NCBI GenBank assembly: GCA_903824595.1
Contig: CAIJXH010000002.1
Coordinates: forward strand, 7,209-71,208
Origin: an uncultured bacterium
GTDB taxonomy: Bacteria; Patescibacteriota; Minisyncoccia; Phycocordibacterales; UBA2100
Direction of reading: 5' to 3'
Length of the DNA: 64,000 bases
The position numbers and the translations under genes are program-made. Position 1 is the stretch's first letter, and every line of letters begins with the position of its first letter. Of the stretch, positions 19,445 through 28,348 are shown in pieces. Under the pieces are notes generated by a model. The model was not told where the DNA came from. It saw nothing but the letters and a program-made list of their open reading frames with translations, and searched no databases.

Positions 19445-22400
19445 ATGAAAAAATTCATCAATCTTCACACTCATTCTCACTACTCTCTGCTTGAAGCACT
19501 GCCAAACGTAGAGAATCTTGTTGCCGCGGCAAAAGCCGATGGTCAGACCGCGCTCGCACTCACCGACAACGGCAACATGTACGGCGCGATTGATTTCTAC
19601 AAAGAGTGCGTGAAGCAGGAACTGAAACCAATCATCGGCGTCGATTTCTACGTCGCGCCGCGCACGCGTTTCGACAAAGAACACCGAGTGGACGATCGTC
19701 ATTCACGTCTCATTCTGCTCGCACAAAACGATGCGGGATACCACAACCTCATTCGTCTCGTGTCGCAATCGCATCTTGAAGGCTTCCACGATCGTCCGCG
19801 CATCGACCGTGAATTGATCGAGCAATACCGAGAGGGACTGATCGCAATTCTCCCCGCTTTTGCAGGCGCACATACGCACGCCCTCAAGGATGGAAATATC
19901 GATCGCGCGCAAGAAATCGTCGCATGGCACGCGCGCATCTTTTCTGAAAATTGTTATGTCGAGATCACGCGCCACCAGGAAATTCTCGATCACGAGGAGC
20001 TCATGCGGCACATCATTTCTATCGCTCGCAAAGAGAACGTGTCACTCGTCGCCGCGCATGAGACGTATTATCTGAAGCAAGACGATGCCATAGCGCGCGA
20101 GCTTGTCAACTGCATCCGTACAGGTACAACACTCAACCGCGACCTCCTCGACAACCCTCATAATTTCTCGTTTCTTTCGTGTGCGCGCGCCGAAGAACTC
20201 TTCGCCGATCTTCCAGATGCACTTGAGAACAGTGCGAAAATCGCCGAGCAGTGCACACTCAAGCTCACTCTCGGAAAAGCAATCTTTCCCCTTTTTCCTA
20301 TTCCCGATAATTCGACACCAGATCGCGAACTGCGTGCACTTGCCGAAAGCGGTATCGCTGCGCGCGGATTAGCAGACACTCCCGAGCTTCGTACACGCAT
20401 GGACTACGAACTCGGAATCATTGAGAAAAAAGGCTACGCATCGTACTTCCTCATTGTCGCCGATCTTCTACGTCATGCCCGTGAGGTCGGCATCTTTACC
20501 AACACGCGTGGTTCGGCGGCAGGATCGCTCGTTTCCTACCTATGTCACATCACCACCGTTGATCCGATAAAATTCAACATGCCCTTCGAACGTTTCCTCA
20601 ATCCAGAGCGCCCATCGGCTCCAGATATCGATATGGATATCGCCGATACTCGACGCGATGAACTTATAGAATACGCGCGAAGAAAATATGGCACCGACAC
20701 TGTTGTACAGATTGGTACTTTCGGCACCATGATGGCACGCGCCGCGGTACGCGACGTGGCGCGTGCGCTCGGACACTCATATTCGCTCGGCGATGCGATC
20801 GCAAAAATGATTCCATTCGGCAAGCAAGGTTTCCCTGTCACCATCGACTCGTCACTCAAAGAAGTGCCCGAGCTTGCGAGCGCGTATGAAAAAGATCCTG
20901 ATGCGCGCGAAGTACTCGATCTTGCACGCGCGATCGAGGGCAACGTCCGCCATGTGGGCGTGCACGCCGCTGGCGTTATTCTCGCCCCAGGTCCCGTTAC
21001 CGATTATGCGCCCGTACAGCTCGACCCAAAAGGCGGCAAGACCATCACCCAGTACGACATGTATTCCATCGCCGATGAGTACGGCGGCGTCGGACTTCTC
21101 AAATTTGACTTTCTCGGACTCACCAACCTTTCCGTCTTAGCAGATGCCGTCGCTCGCGTAAAAACGCGACTCGGGCAAGACGTTGATCTCGACCGCGTCC
21201 CGCTCGACGACAAAAAAGTGTATGCCATGCTCACGCGCGGCGAGACACTCGGTGTATTCCAGATGGCAGGCAGCGGCATGACCGCATATCTCAAAGACTT
21301 GAAGCCCACGGTGGTACACGATCTCAACGCCATGGTCGCCCTCTATCGCCCCGGCCCCATGGCATTCATCCCCGACTACATCGCGCGCAAAAGAAATCCC
21401 GCGCTCGTCAAATATCTCGACCCTCGCATGGAATCCATACTCAAACCAACCTACGGCATTCTCATCTATCAAGACGACGTCATGATGATCGCCGTGCAGC
21501 TCGCCGGTTATTCATGGGGCGAGGCCGATAAATTCCGCAAAGCTATGGGAAAAAAGATTCCAGAGGAAATGGCAAAACAAAAAGAGCGTTTCGCCACAGG
21601 CTGCATCGAACGCGGCATGAACAAAGAAAAAACAGCCGAACTCTGGCAGCAGATCGAGACATTCGCCGCCTACGGATTCAACAAAGCCCACGCCGCCTCC
21701 TACGGCAGCCTCGCCTACAAAACAGCCTACATGAAAGCCAACTTCCCCGTCGATTACATGGCGGCAGTGCTCACGGCAGACGCGGGCGACGTGGAAAAAA
21801 TTGCCGAGATTGTCGCCGAGTGCAAACGCATGCATATCGCCATCCTCCCACCAGATGTGAATGAAAGTCTGGGGACGTTTACGGTTGTGGGAACAGCTGC
21901 TACAGCGGAGAACCTTGTAAGCGAGGCGACAGACATTGCTGGGGTCTCTCGCAGCGCGTCGGCGCGAGAGGGAGCGCTGGCGCAGCAGCGCCAGACAGCG
22001 ACCCCAGCAATGTCTGTCGCCGAGCGTGCCAACAACGGAGCAATCCGATTCGGTTTATATTCCATAAAAAACTTCGGCACTGGTGTCGCCGACTCCATCA
22101 TCGCAACACGCGAGAAAGGCGGCAGATTCGCCAATCTCGCCGATTTCCTCTCGCGCATCACCGACCCCTCGACTTCGCTCGGGACAAGCAAAAACTTCAA
22201 CAAAAAACAGCTCGAATCCCTCATTCAATCCGGCGCGCTCGACTCACTCGGCGAACGCGGACAGCTTCTCGCCGAGATCGAACTCCTCCTCATCTATCAC
22301 CGCGAACACACCAAATCACCGAACAATCAAATTTCTCTCTTTGGCGCGGCCGCCTTCGGCGGCCGCGCCCCTCTGACCCTACCACCACACGACCCCGCCG

Positions 22401-22777
22401 ACCCCGACCAAAAACTCACCTGGGAAAAAGAACTTCTCGGCATCTACGTTTCTGGTCATCCGCTCGACAAACACCGCGCAAAATTGAGTAACGTAAAGAA
22501 TTCCATCAAACATGCCAAAGAACATCTCAAGGGCGTCGAGACGGTGATCGGCGGCTTCATCGAGACGACGCGGCACATTCTCACCAAAAAAGGCGAAAAA
22601 ATGGCATTCCTTCAAATCGCCGATCTCACCGATTCCATCGAGGCTGTCGTCTTCCCTCGCTCGCTCAAAGAGTATGAAAAAATCCTCGTCCCCGGCGCCT
22701 GCGTTCTCCTCAAAGGAAAAATCTCCGAGAGAAACGGGGAGCCGAGTTTCGTGGCGGAGAAAGCAAAAGGATTGTAA
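19445..22777 (+). CDS. dnaE: DNA polymerase III alpha subunit
   Basis: PHP HTHSHYSLL, RGSAAGSL, PDIDMD, KFDFLGL, YGFNKAH, QISLF, OB fold. Confidence 0.98.
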   Translation: MKKFINLHTHSHYSLLEALPNVENLVAAAKADGQTALALTDNGNMYGAIDFYKECVKQELKPIIGVDFYVAPRTRFDKEHRVDDRHSRLILLAQNDAGYHNLIRLVSQSHLEGFHDRPRIDRELIEQYREGLIAILPAFAGAHTHALKDGNIDRAQEIVAWHARIFSENCYVEITRHQEILDHEELMRHIISIARKENVSLVAAHETYYLKQDDAIARELVNCIRTGTTLNRDLLDNPHNFSFLSCARAEELFADLPDALENSAKIAEQCTLKLTLGKAIFPLFPIPDNSTPDRELRALAESGIAARGLADTPELRTRMDYELGIIEKKGYASYFLIVADLLRHAREVGIFTNTRGSAAGSLVSYLCHITTVDPIKFNMPFERFLNPERPSAPDIDMDIADTRRDELIEYARRKYGTDTVVQIGTFGTMMARAAVRDVARALGHSYSLGDAIAKMIPFGKQGFPVTIDSSLKEVPELASAYEKDPDAREVLDLARAIEGNVRHVGVHAAGVILAPGPVTDYAPVQLDPKGGKTITQYDMYSIADEYGGVGLLKFDFLGLTNLSVLADAVARVKTRLGQDVDLDRVPLDDKKVYAMLTRGETLGVFQMAGSGMTAYLKDLKPTVVHDLNAMVALYRPGPMAFIPDYIARKRNPALVKYLDPRMESILKPTYGILIYQDDVMMIAVQLAGYSWGEADKFRKAMGKKIPEEMAKQKERFATGCIERGMNKEKTAELWQQIETFAAYGFNKAHAASYGSLAYKTAYMKANFPVDYMAAVLTADAGDVEKIAEIVAECKRMHIAILPPDVNESLGTFTVVGTAATAENLVSEATDIAGVSRSASAREGALAQQRQTATPAMSVAERANNGAIRFGLYSIKNFGTGVADSIIATREKGGRFANLADFLSRITDPSTSLGTSKNFNKKQLESLIQSGALDSLGERGQLLAEIELLLIYHREHTKSPNNQISLFGAAAFGGRAPLTLPPHDPADPDQKLTWEKELLGIYVSGHPLDKHRAKLSNVKNSIKHAKEHLKGVETVIGGFIETTRHILTKKGEKMAFLQIADLTDSIEAVVFPRSLKEYEKILVPGACVLLKGKISERNGEPSFVAEKAKGL
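21921..22025. repeat. in-frame three-way-junction palindromic insertion in dnaE
   Basis: Perfect 22-bp inverted repeat 21925-21946/22000-22021 enclosing two internal hairpins. Confidence 0.9.
22165..22189. repeat. TCGAC-N-GCTC hairpin element in dnaE
   Basis: CCCC-TCGAC-TTC-GCTC-GGGA-CAAGC; encodes PSTSLGTS. Confidence 0.75.
22343..22369. repeat. perfect 12-bp hairpin with TTC triloop in dnaE
   Basis: GGCGCGGCCGCC-TTC-GGCGGCCGCGCC; encodes GAAAFGGRA just after QISLF. Confidence 0.8.
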
Positions 22778-22853
22778 TACAAATCCACATATAGTATAAA
22801 GGAGAAGGTGGGCGTGTGTTGTACATGCCCTGCAATCGAGGAGAATATCCACG

Positions 22854-23231
22854 ATGTGCGTTCTTGTACTAGATTTGAGAGCAGTGGAGCAAGGACTTGC
22901 CCGCTTGATAAAATTCTATGTCGGCCATGAGGCGATGTTCGCGGATACGAATAGTCGGTACCTGGCAGATGTCATCGGTACCATGATTGGCCCAAGCCCC
23001 GAAGCGCTTCAATGTTATTTTGAGGCGTCTCCGCGCGTGTCGCGCATTCTGATGGAATCGGCGCAAAGAGCAGGATTCCCTGTCAAATCCGTGAATCAGT
23101 TATGGCACGCGTTGCGAAAGGTTGAAAAAAGAGTACGAAAACATCAGCCCATTGAAGCTGATGTGCGAAATCAGATTGAGGTACTAATCCATTTGATTGT
23201 ACACGGTTTATGTGATTGTGGTGATGGATGA
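22854..23231 (+). CDS. hypothetical protein
   Basis: 125 aa ORF, GAGGAG SD, followed by a hairpin. Confidence 0.6.
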   Translation: MCVLVLDLRAVEQGLARLIKFYVGHEAMFADTNSRYLADVIGTMIGPSPEALQCYFEASPRVSRILMESAQRAGFPVKSVNQLWHALRKVEKRVRKHQPIEADVRNQIEVLIHLIVHGLCDCGDG

Positions 23232-23242
23232 AAGATGATCTT

Positions 23243-23274
23243 GGCGCGCCACTTCGTGGCGCGCCTCTCTATTT
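23243..23274 (+). terminator. GC-rich hairpin, probable terminator
   Basis: GGCGCGCCAC-TTC-GTGGCGCGCC followed by a pyrimidine-rich tail. Confidence 0.6.
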
Positions 23275-23307
23275 CCCCATTCACAAAAAGTTGCTATCAT
23301 GCTTCAC

Positions 23308-25071
23308 ATGCCTATCGAACACATCCGCCATACGCTCGCCCACTTACTCGCCGCCGCCATCCGTGAGCAGTATCCGCACGCCAAACCCACCATCGGCCCT
23401 GCCGTCGACAACGGCTTTTATTACGACTTCGATTTTTCTGCGGGCGAGATCCCCGGCGAGCAGCACCTCGCCAAAATCGAAAAGGCAATGCGCAAGATAC
23501 TCCCCTCGTGGAAAGAATTTTCGCACAAGGTCGTCTCCCCCGCCGAAGCGCGGGCGTTCTTCGCCGACAACGACTACAAACTCGAGCTCATCGACGAGCT
23601 CGAAAAGAAAGGTGAGACGATTACACTCTACACCTGCGGCCCTTCGACGGGCTCAGGGCAAGCTCATTTCACCGATCTTTGCCGCGGCGGGCACTCCGAA
23701 CATCCGAGCCAAGATATCGCCCCCGACTCTTTCCACCTCGACCGCGTCGCCGGTGCCTACTGGCGCGGCGACGAAAAGAACAAAATGCTCACCCGCATCT
23801 ACGGCCTCGCTTTCGCGACCAAAGAAGAATTAGACGCCTACATCGCCCAGCGCGAAGAGGCAAAAAAGCGCGACCATCGCAAAATTGCGCGCGAACAAGA
23901 CCTTCTAGTATTTTCCGATCTCGTTGGTAGCGGCATGCCCATGTATACCCCACGCGGCAACGTTGTCCGCAACGCAATCATCAACTACTCTCGCGAACTC
24001 AACGCGCAACTCGGCTTCGGCGAAGTCCACACTCCCAATATCAACAAAGCCGAGCTATTCAAACTCTCGGGTCACTACGACGCCTACAAAGAAGATATGC
24101 TTTCCGTTCGTTCGCAGTACGTCTCCGACGAAATGTTCTTGAAACCAATGAATTGCCCGCAACACACGCAGATCTACGCGTCGCAGATGCGCAGTTATCG
24201 CGACCTTCCTATCCGTTATGCCGACTTCGCAAATCTCTACCGCGACGAACGCCCCGGTGAACTCTCCGGCCTCACGCGTCTACGCGCATTCGCACAAGAT
24301 GACGGACACATCTTCTGCCGCGAAGACCAAATAGAGCAAGAAATTTCTGCCGTCCTCGACGCGATTCAGACAGCACTCTCTACCTACAAAATAGGATTCT
24401 GGATGCGCCTTTCTTTGCGCGATCCCAACAATGCCGCAAAGTATCTCGGCGATCCAACCAGATGGGAAACAGCGCAAGATATAATGCGCACTCTTTTGCA
24501 GAAAAAGAATATTGAATTCAAAGAAGCAATCGGTGAAGCTGCGTTTTACGGTCCGAAGATCGACATTATGGCTGTGGATGCCATCGGGCGCAATTGGCAA
24601 ATCTCTACCGTCCAGCTTGATTTCGTGCAGCCGTCGCGCTTCAAACTCGAATACATCGGCGAAGACGGGACCCCGAAAACACCAGTGATGATTCATCGCG
24701 CACTCATCGGCTCACCTGATCGCTTCCTCGGCGTCCTCATTGAGCACTACGCCGGTGCCTTCCCCCTCTGGCTCTCGCCCATGCACGTGCGTATTCTCCC
24801 CGTCTCCGAAAAACACTCCGAATATGCAGGACTTGTCCTGCGTAGCCTTGGCGAAGCAGGGATCCGCGCCGAAATAGCCGAAGCCACCGAATCCCTCGGC
24901 AAGCGCATCCGCGAGACCAAGCTCCAAAAAGCCCCCTACTTCCTCGTCCTCGGCGACGAAGAAGTTTCTGGCAATACCGCCACCCTCGAAGGTCGCACCA
25001 GCAAAATCGGCGCATTCCCCATCGCCGAGATTGTCCACAGGATACAGGATGAGATCCGTGCCCGCTCCTAA
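23308..25071 (+). CDS. thrS: threonine--tRNA ligase (no N-terminal TGS domain)
   Basis: RHTLAHLLA, GFYYDF, DLCRGGH, RDHRK, KPMNCP, AAFYGPK, LIEHYAGAFP. Confidence 0.98.
   Translation: MPIEHIRHTLAHLLAAAIREQYPHAKPTIGPAVDNGFYYDFDFSAGEIPGEQHLAKIEKAMRKILPSWKEFSHKVVSPAEARAFFADNDYKLELIDELEKKGETITLYTCGPSTGSGQAHFTDLCRGGHSEHPSQDIAPDSFHLDRVAGAYWRGDEKNKMLTRIYGLAFATKEELDAYIAQREEAKKRDHRKIAREQDLLVFSDLVGSGMPMYTPRGNVVRNAIINYSRELNAQLGFGEVHTPNINKAELFKLSGHYDAYKEDMLSVRSQYVSDEMFLKPMNCPQHTQIYASQMRSYRDLPIRYADFANLYRDERPGELSGLTRLRAFAQDDGHIFCREDQIEQEISAVLDAIQTALSTYKIGFWMRLSLRDPNNAAKYLGDPTRWETAQDIMRTLLQKKNIEFKEAIGEAAFYGPKIDIMAVDAIGRNWQISTVQLDFVQPSRFKLEYIGEDGTPKTPVMIHRALIGSPDRFLGVLIEHYAGAFPLWLSPMHVRILPVSEKHSEYAGLVLRSLGEAGIRAEIAEATESLGKRIRETKLQKAPYFLVLGDEEVSGNTATLEGRTSKIGAFPIAEIVHRIQDEIRARS
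23639..23663. repeat. TCGAC-N-GCTC hairpin element in thrS
   Basis: GCCCT-TCGAC-GG-GCTC-AGGGC-AAGC; encodes PSTGSGQA. Confidence 0.8.
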
Positions 25072-25088
25072 TGATACAATGAAGTCGT

Positions 25089-25460
25089 ATGGAAAAGAAA
25101 CTATCCGTCGAACAAAAAATCGACCGGCTCGCCGTGGTCGTCGAACGTGGATTTGCGGCAATTGCTTCTGACATTCAGGAAATACGCGAAACAGTGGCAA
25201 CAAAAGCGGATATTTCCGATTTCGCCACCAAAGATGAAGTTCGTTCCATAGTTCGCACGGAGATTGACGCGGCATTAATCCCGATCAAGCTCGACCTCCA
25301 GTACATCAAAGACGATGTTCGCGACATTCGCAACAGAATAGAAAAACTCGAAGAGTCGACAAAAAATCATTCCGGTTTCGCAAAAGAAATCGACCACTTG
25401 TTCGATCGGATCGCGACCATAGAAAAACACCTTGGTATCAAAATCAAGGCAGTCGCCTAA
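25089..25460 (+). CDS. coiled-coil hypothetical protein
   Basis: Heptad-rich, repeated ATKAD/ATKDE motif. Confidence 0.8.
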   Translation: MEKKLSVEQKIDRLAVVVERGFAAIASDIQEIRETVATKADISDFATKDEVRSIVRTEIDAALIPIKLDLQYIKDDVRDIRNRIEKLEESTKNHSGFAKEIDHLFDRIATIEKHLGIKIKAVA

Positions 25461-25463
25461 CCA

Positions 25464-25490
25464 AAAACCACCCCGTCTTGGGGTGGTTTT
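25464..25490. terminator. bidirectional intrinsic terminator
   Basis: AAAACCACCCC-gtctt-GGGGTGGTTTT between convergent genes. Confidence 0.85.
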
Positions 25491-25523
25491 CGTTCTACTT
25501 TGGAACTCTGAGTGGCGGCGGCG

Positions 25524-26996
25524 TTAGGCGCGAGAGATGATGATGCGCGGCGCGGACCCGTTTTCAGATCGCACCACCGTCATCGCGTCTTTCGGCATGG
25601 ATGATACAGAGCGCGCAACAGAATCTTCACGCACAGGGAGATGTTCCAACGATCCGTGCACATCATGTGCATACGACACACGCGGCGATGCGACGTGAAC
25701 GCGTGCTGTCGGACGATGTGTATACGCAAACATGGTCGACATGCCGCCTCGATAGTAGAGCACCAGGTAGCTTGCCGCAACAGCGAAGGCAAGGATCGCC
25801 ATCCAGTAGATGCTGTTGCCAATCGCACCGAAGTCGAAGCCTGTATACGGAATCTGCGAGAGCGCAACGTACGGAGCGGCAGTCGTCGGTGCCACGTATC
25901 CCACTCCATATTCACCCACATTCACCACCGCCTGGCAGCGACCGACGATGCCCTGATTGCTGTAGACCGTAAGCTCGTAGGTCGTCGTCTGTGTCGGGTA
26001 CACGGTCGTCAAACCAGATGTATTCACCGATCCTCCAAACAGATACGCCGTCCACGCGTTTGCCGATGTCCACGTGAGGTTCACCGCTTGCCCTGCAGAT
26101 ATGGTGTTTGGCGTTGCCGTGAGTGAGCACGATGGGTATACCGTATTGGTTCCTGTGTAATACGAAGATGAATACGGATACGAGTATTGCACAGGATAGT
26201 ACGCAGGATAATCGGAAACCGTCTTCAAAGTGGAAATCGTCGAGCCGGAGCCGTAGGTGTTGAAGCTGCCGTTGATGCTGTTGTCGGTGTAATTGCAGCT
26301 ACCGTTGGTGCAGTAGTTGGAGCTGTAGTTGGAGACATTGGTGCTCCCCGGCGCACTCACCGTAAACGGAGTCGACGCAGTCGTGCCGTATGAGTATGAG
26401 GCGGGATAGGAGTATGACGCAGGGTATGAATACCCATAACCGGAGGAAGAGTATGCGGGATAGGAATAGCCTGTGGAATACGCAGGGTACGAGTAACCCG
26501 AGGAGGAAGCTGGGTAGGAATAACCCGTGGAACCATTGCCGTAGGAATACTTGGGTGCGCCAGTAGTGGGATAATAGTAGTTCGGTTGCGCATCGCGATA
26601 CGTAGTGACAAGATTTGGAGAATAGTACGAAGAGCCAAAATCCGCACTTCCAACACCAATCGGTGAATAGTAACTCGAACCAAAATCACCAGCTACGGTA
26701 GGAGAATAATAAGACGAACCGAAATCTTTCGCTTGAGCAGCATGAGAATAAAACGAGGTGCCAAAATCAGAATTCACTGGAGAATAGAAACTGGAACCAA
26801 AATCAACATTTTGCGCCGTACAACAAGGAGCATCAGCCGATCCAAAATCACTGACACTAGTATCTGACCCCGACGAGAAGAAACTTGAACCAAAATCCTC
26901 TTGCGCCAATGTCACACGCGGCGCCACACTCATCACGAAAAGACAGGCTAGCACCACGATCATGGACGAACGAAACTGCTTTGAAATATATGTCAT
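25524..26996 (-). CDS. secreted/membrane-anchored Ser/Tyr/Gly repeat surface protein
   Basis: Signal peptide, DFGSS(F/Y)YSP and YSYP repeats, Ig-like segment, IPYTG followed by TM helix. Confidence 0.85.
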   Translation of the reverse strand: MTYISKQFRSSMIVVLACLFVMSVAPRVTLAQEDFGSSFFSSGSDTSVSDFGSADAPCCTAQNVDFGSSFYSPVNSDFGTSFYSHAAQAKDFGSSYYSPTVAGDFGSSYYSPIGVGSADFGSSYYSPNLVTTYRDAQPNYYYPTTGAPKYSYGNGSTGYSYPASSSGYSYPAYSTGYSYPAYSSSGYGYSYPASYSYPASYSYGTTASTPFTVSAPGSTNVSNYSSNYCTNGSCNYTDNSINGSFNTYGSGSTISTLKTVSDYPAYYPVQYSYPYSSSYYTGTNTVYPSCSLTATPNTISAGQAVNLTWTSANAWTAYLFGGSVNTSGLTTVYPTQTTTYELTVYSNQGIVGRCQAVVNVGEYGVGYVAPTTAAPYVALSQIPYTGFDFGAIGNSIYWMAILAFAVAASYLVLYYRGGMSTMFAYTHRPTARVHVASPRVSYAHDVHGSLEHLPVREDSVARSVSSMPKDAMTVVRSENGSAPRIIISRA

Positions 26997-27047
26997 ACGA
27001 ATGTTTCTAAATTGTGATTTCGGCTGCTAAATTACTTATATGTTTAT

Positions 27048-27075
27048 ATTATATCAAGATATTTTATGTTGTCAA
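27048..27075 (-). promoter_or_regulatory. sigma70-type promoter for the repeat surface protein
   Basis: TTGACA-16 nt-TATAAT on the minus strand. Confidence 0.7.
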
Positions 27076-27102
27076 TGGTGTCATCTCGTCCTGAAAAATT
27101 GT

Positions 27103-27134
27103 TGCGTAGGGATGATACTTCTCATCCCTACGCA
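27103..27134. terminator. 13-bp hairpin (terminator or GTAG-type REP-like)
   Basis: TGCGTAGGGATGA-tacttc-TCATCCCTACGCA. Confidence 0.6.
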
Positions 27135-27156
27135 GGGTATGACGCGTCCATGACAA

Positions 27157-27609
27157 TCACTCGTGCACGTGCGTGCCCACGAGCACACGCTTGCCCCCCG
27201 GTGGCTTGCCTGTGCGGACCGCCTGAACCAGAGATGCGCCGGTAATCCAGCCAATCCCCTTCTCATCGCAAATCACGACCCACTTCGCGCCTGCAAACTT
27301 CGCAGGATGGCGACAAAAGTCGTCGCGAGGACCTGTAATCTTGGAGTCCTTGAACAGCGCATGAGAAAGCTGTTCTTGGATTCCTTGCGGCGTATCGCGC
27401 GGATTGAATTCCCGCAAGATAAACATCGCCACCTGCCCGTACCCCGCCTTTACAAACGGAATACTGACGCACGCAACAGGCGTACGCCCGCGGGTGTGTC
27501 CGGAACGCAAAACATTGCACGCGTCGCTATTGACGCACGCTCTTCCCGCCGCCATTGCCGGCACACTTGCCAGCAAGACAACCATCATGACAAAGATCAA
27601 TCGAATCAT
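27157..27609 (-). CDS. secreted Cys-containing hypothetical protein
   Basis: GGAGG SD, signal peptide MIRLIFVMMVVLLASVPAMA. Confidence 0.7.
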   Translation of the reverse strand: MIRLIFVMMVVLLASVPAMAAGRACVNSDACNVLRSGHTRGRTPVACVSIPFVKAGYGQVAMFILREFNPRDTPQGIQEQLSHALFKDSKITGPRDDFCRHPAKFAGAKWVVICDEKGIGWITGASLVQAVRTGKPPGGKRVLVGTHVHE

Positions 27610-27734
27610 TGCTTCCCTCCACTTCCTCAGGATTTCTTGCCTACACAAATGTATACGCAAGAAGCCACAAAGAATCAAGAAAATTTTTGGGCAGACTATG
27701 AACACGCCGTGTGTTCATAGTCTGCCCCAGTAGA

Positions 27735-28169
27735 TCAGTTCCAGCTCAAGTTCCCTATGAGAGAACCGTCGGGAAGCCGGCACTGATTCTTGCATTCGCG
27801 TTGCCTATTGCTGAGCACGCGGCAAGTATCGCTTCTAACCAGCGTCCCGCCCTTATTTTTGCAGGACTGCGCTTTCGAGGCATTCGACACCCCGTCAAAC
27901 GTGAACCCTTGCGGGGTCCCCTCGACGCGGAACACCTCCGCGCCAATGCCATACCGCACCACCTGCGGAGTGGGTGCCGGAGGCGGATTCGCCACCGCAC
28001 CTGACACCGCGACCGCGGGTGCCTTGTACTCCGTGGTGGCGACCTGCTGGGTGGTGGCGGGAGCATTCCACTTATTCACCCCCCACACAATCAGAGCCAA
28101 AACCGCCACGACGCCCACGAAGGCGCCCAGCCCTTTGAGGGCCTTTTTGCGACCATCAGTGAAAGTCAT
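27735..28169 (-). CDS. membrane-anchored hypothetical protein with small four-Cys domain
   Basis: AGGAG SD, TM helix, P/A/T linker, four Cys near the C-terminus; TTGACA...TAATAT promoter upstream. Confidence 0.7.
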   Translation of the reverse strand: MTFTDGRKKALKGLGAFVGVVAVLALIVWGVNKWNAPATTQQVATTEYKAPAVAVSGAVANPPPAPTPQVVRYGIGAEVFRVEGTPQGFTFDGVSNASKAQSCKNKGGTLVRSDTCRVLSNRQRECKNQCRLPDGSLIGNLSWN

Positions 28170-28299
28170 TTTCCTCTCCTCTTATCTTGTTTGCACCCAC
28201 TCCGGGTGACGACTGGCGGCATATTACCACATCAAGTATCTACTTGTCAATAGCACTCACCTAAATTCCTTCAAAATGGCTTCAATATTGAATAAAATA

Positions 28300-28325
28300 G
28301 GCGCGGAGATCGGAATCCCCGCGCC
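28300..28325 (-). terminator. intrinsic terminator
   Basis: GGCGCGG...CCGCGCC stem with an A/T tract. Confidence 0.6.
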
Positions 28326-28348
28326 AAAAGTTCTCTCTTCTCTCTTTT

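Noticed and set aside
21880-22045. dnaE insertion as an intein or group I/II intron
   Set aside because: Only about 45 extra codons, no C-terminal HN followed by C/S/T, and no intron core motifs.
23582-23603. TCGAGCTC/GAGCTCGA inverted repeat in thrS
   Set aside because: Encodes ordinary conserved ThrRS sequence (LELIDELE); explained by codon choice.
26380-26900. Repeats as a CRISPR array
   Set aside because: They are degenerate at synonymous positions, conserved at protein level, with no constant repeat-spacer period and no cas genes.
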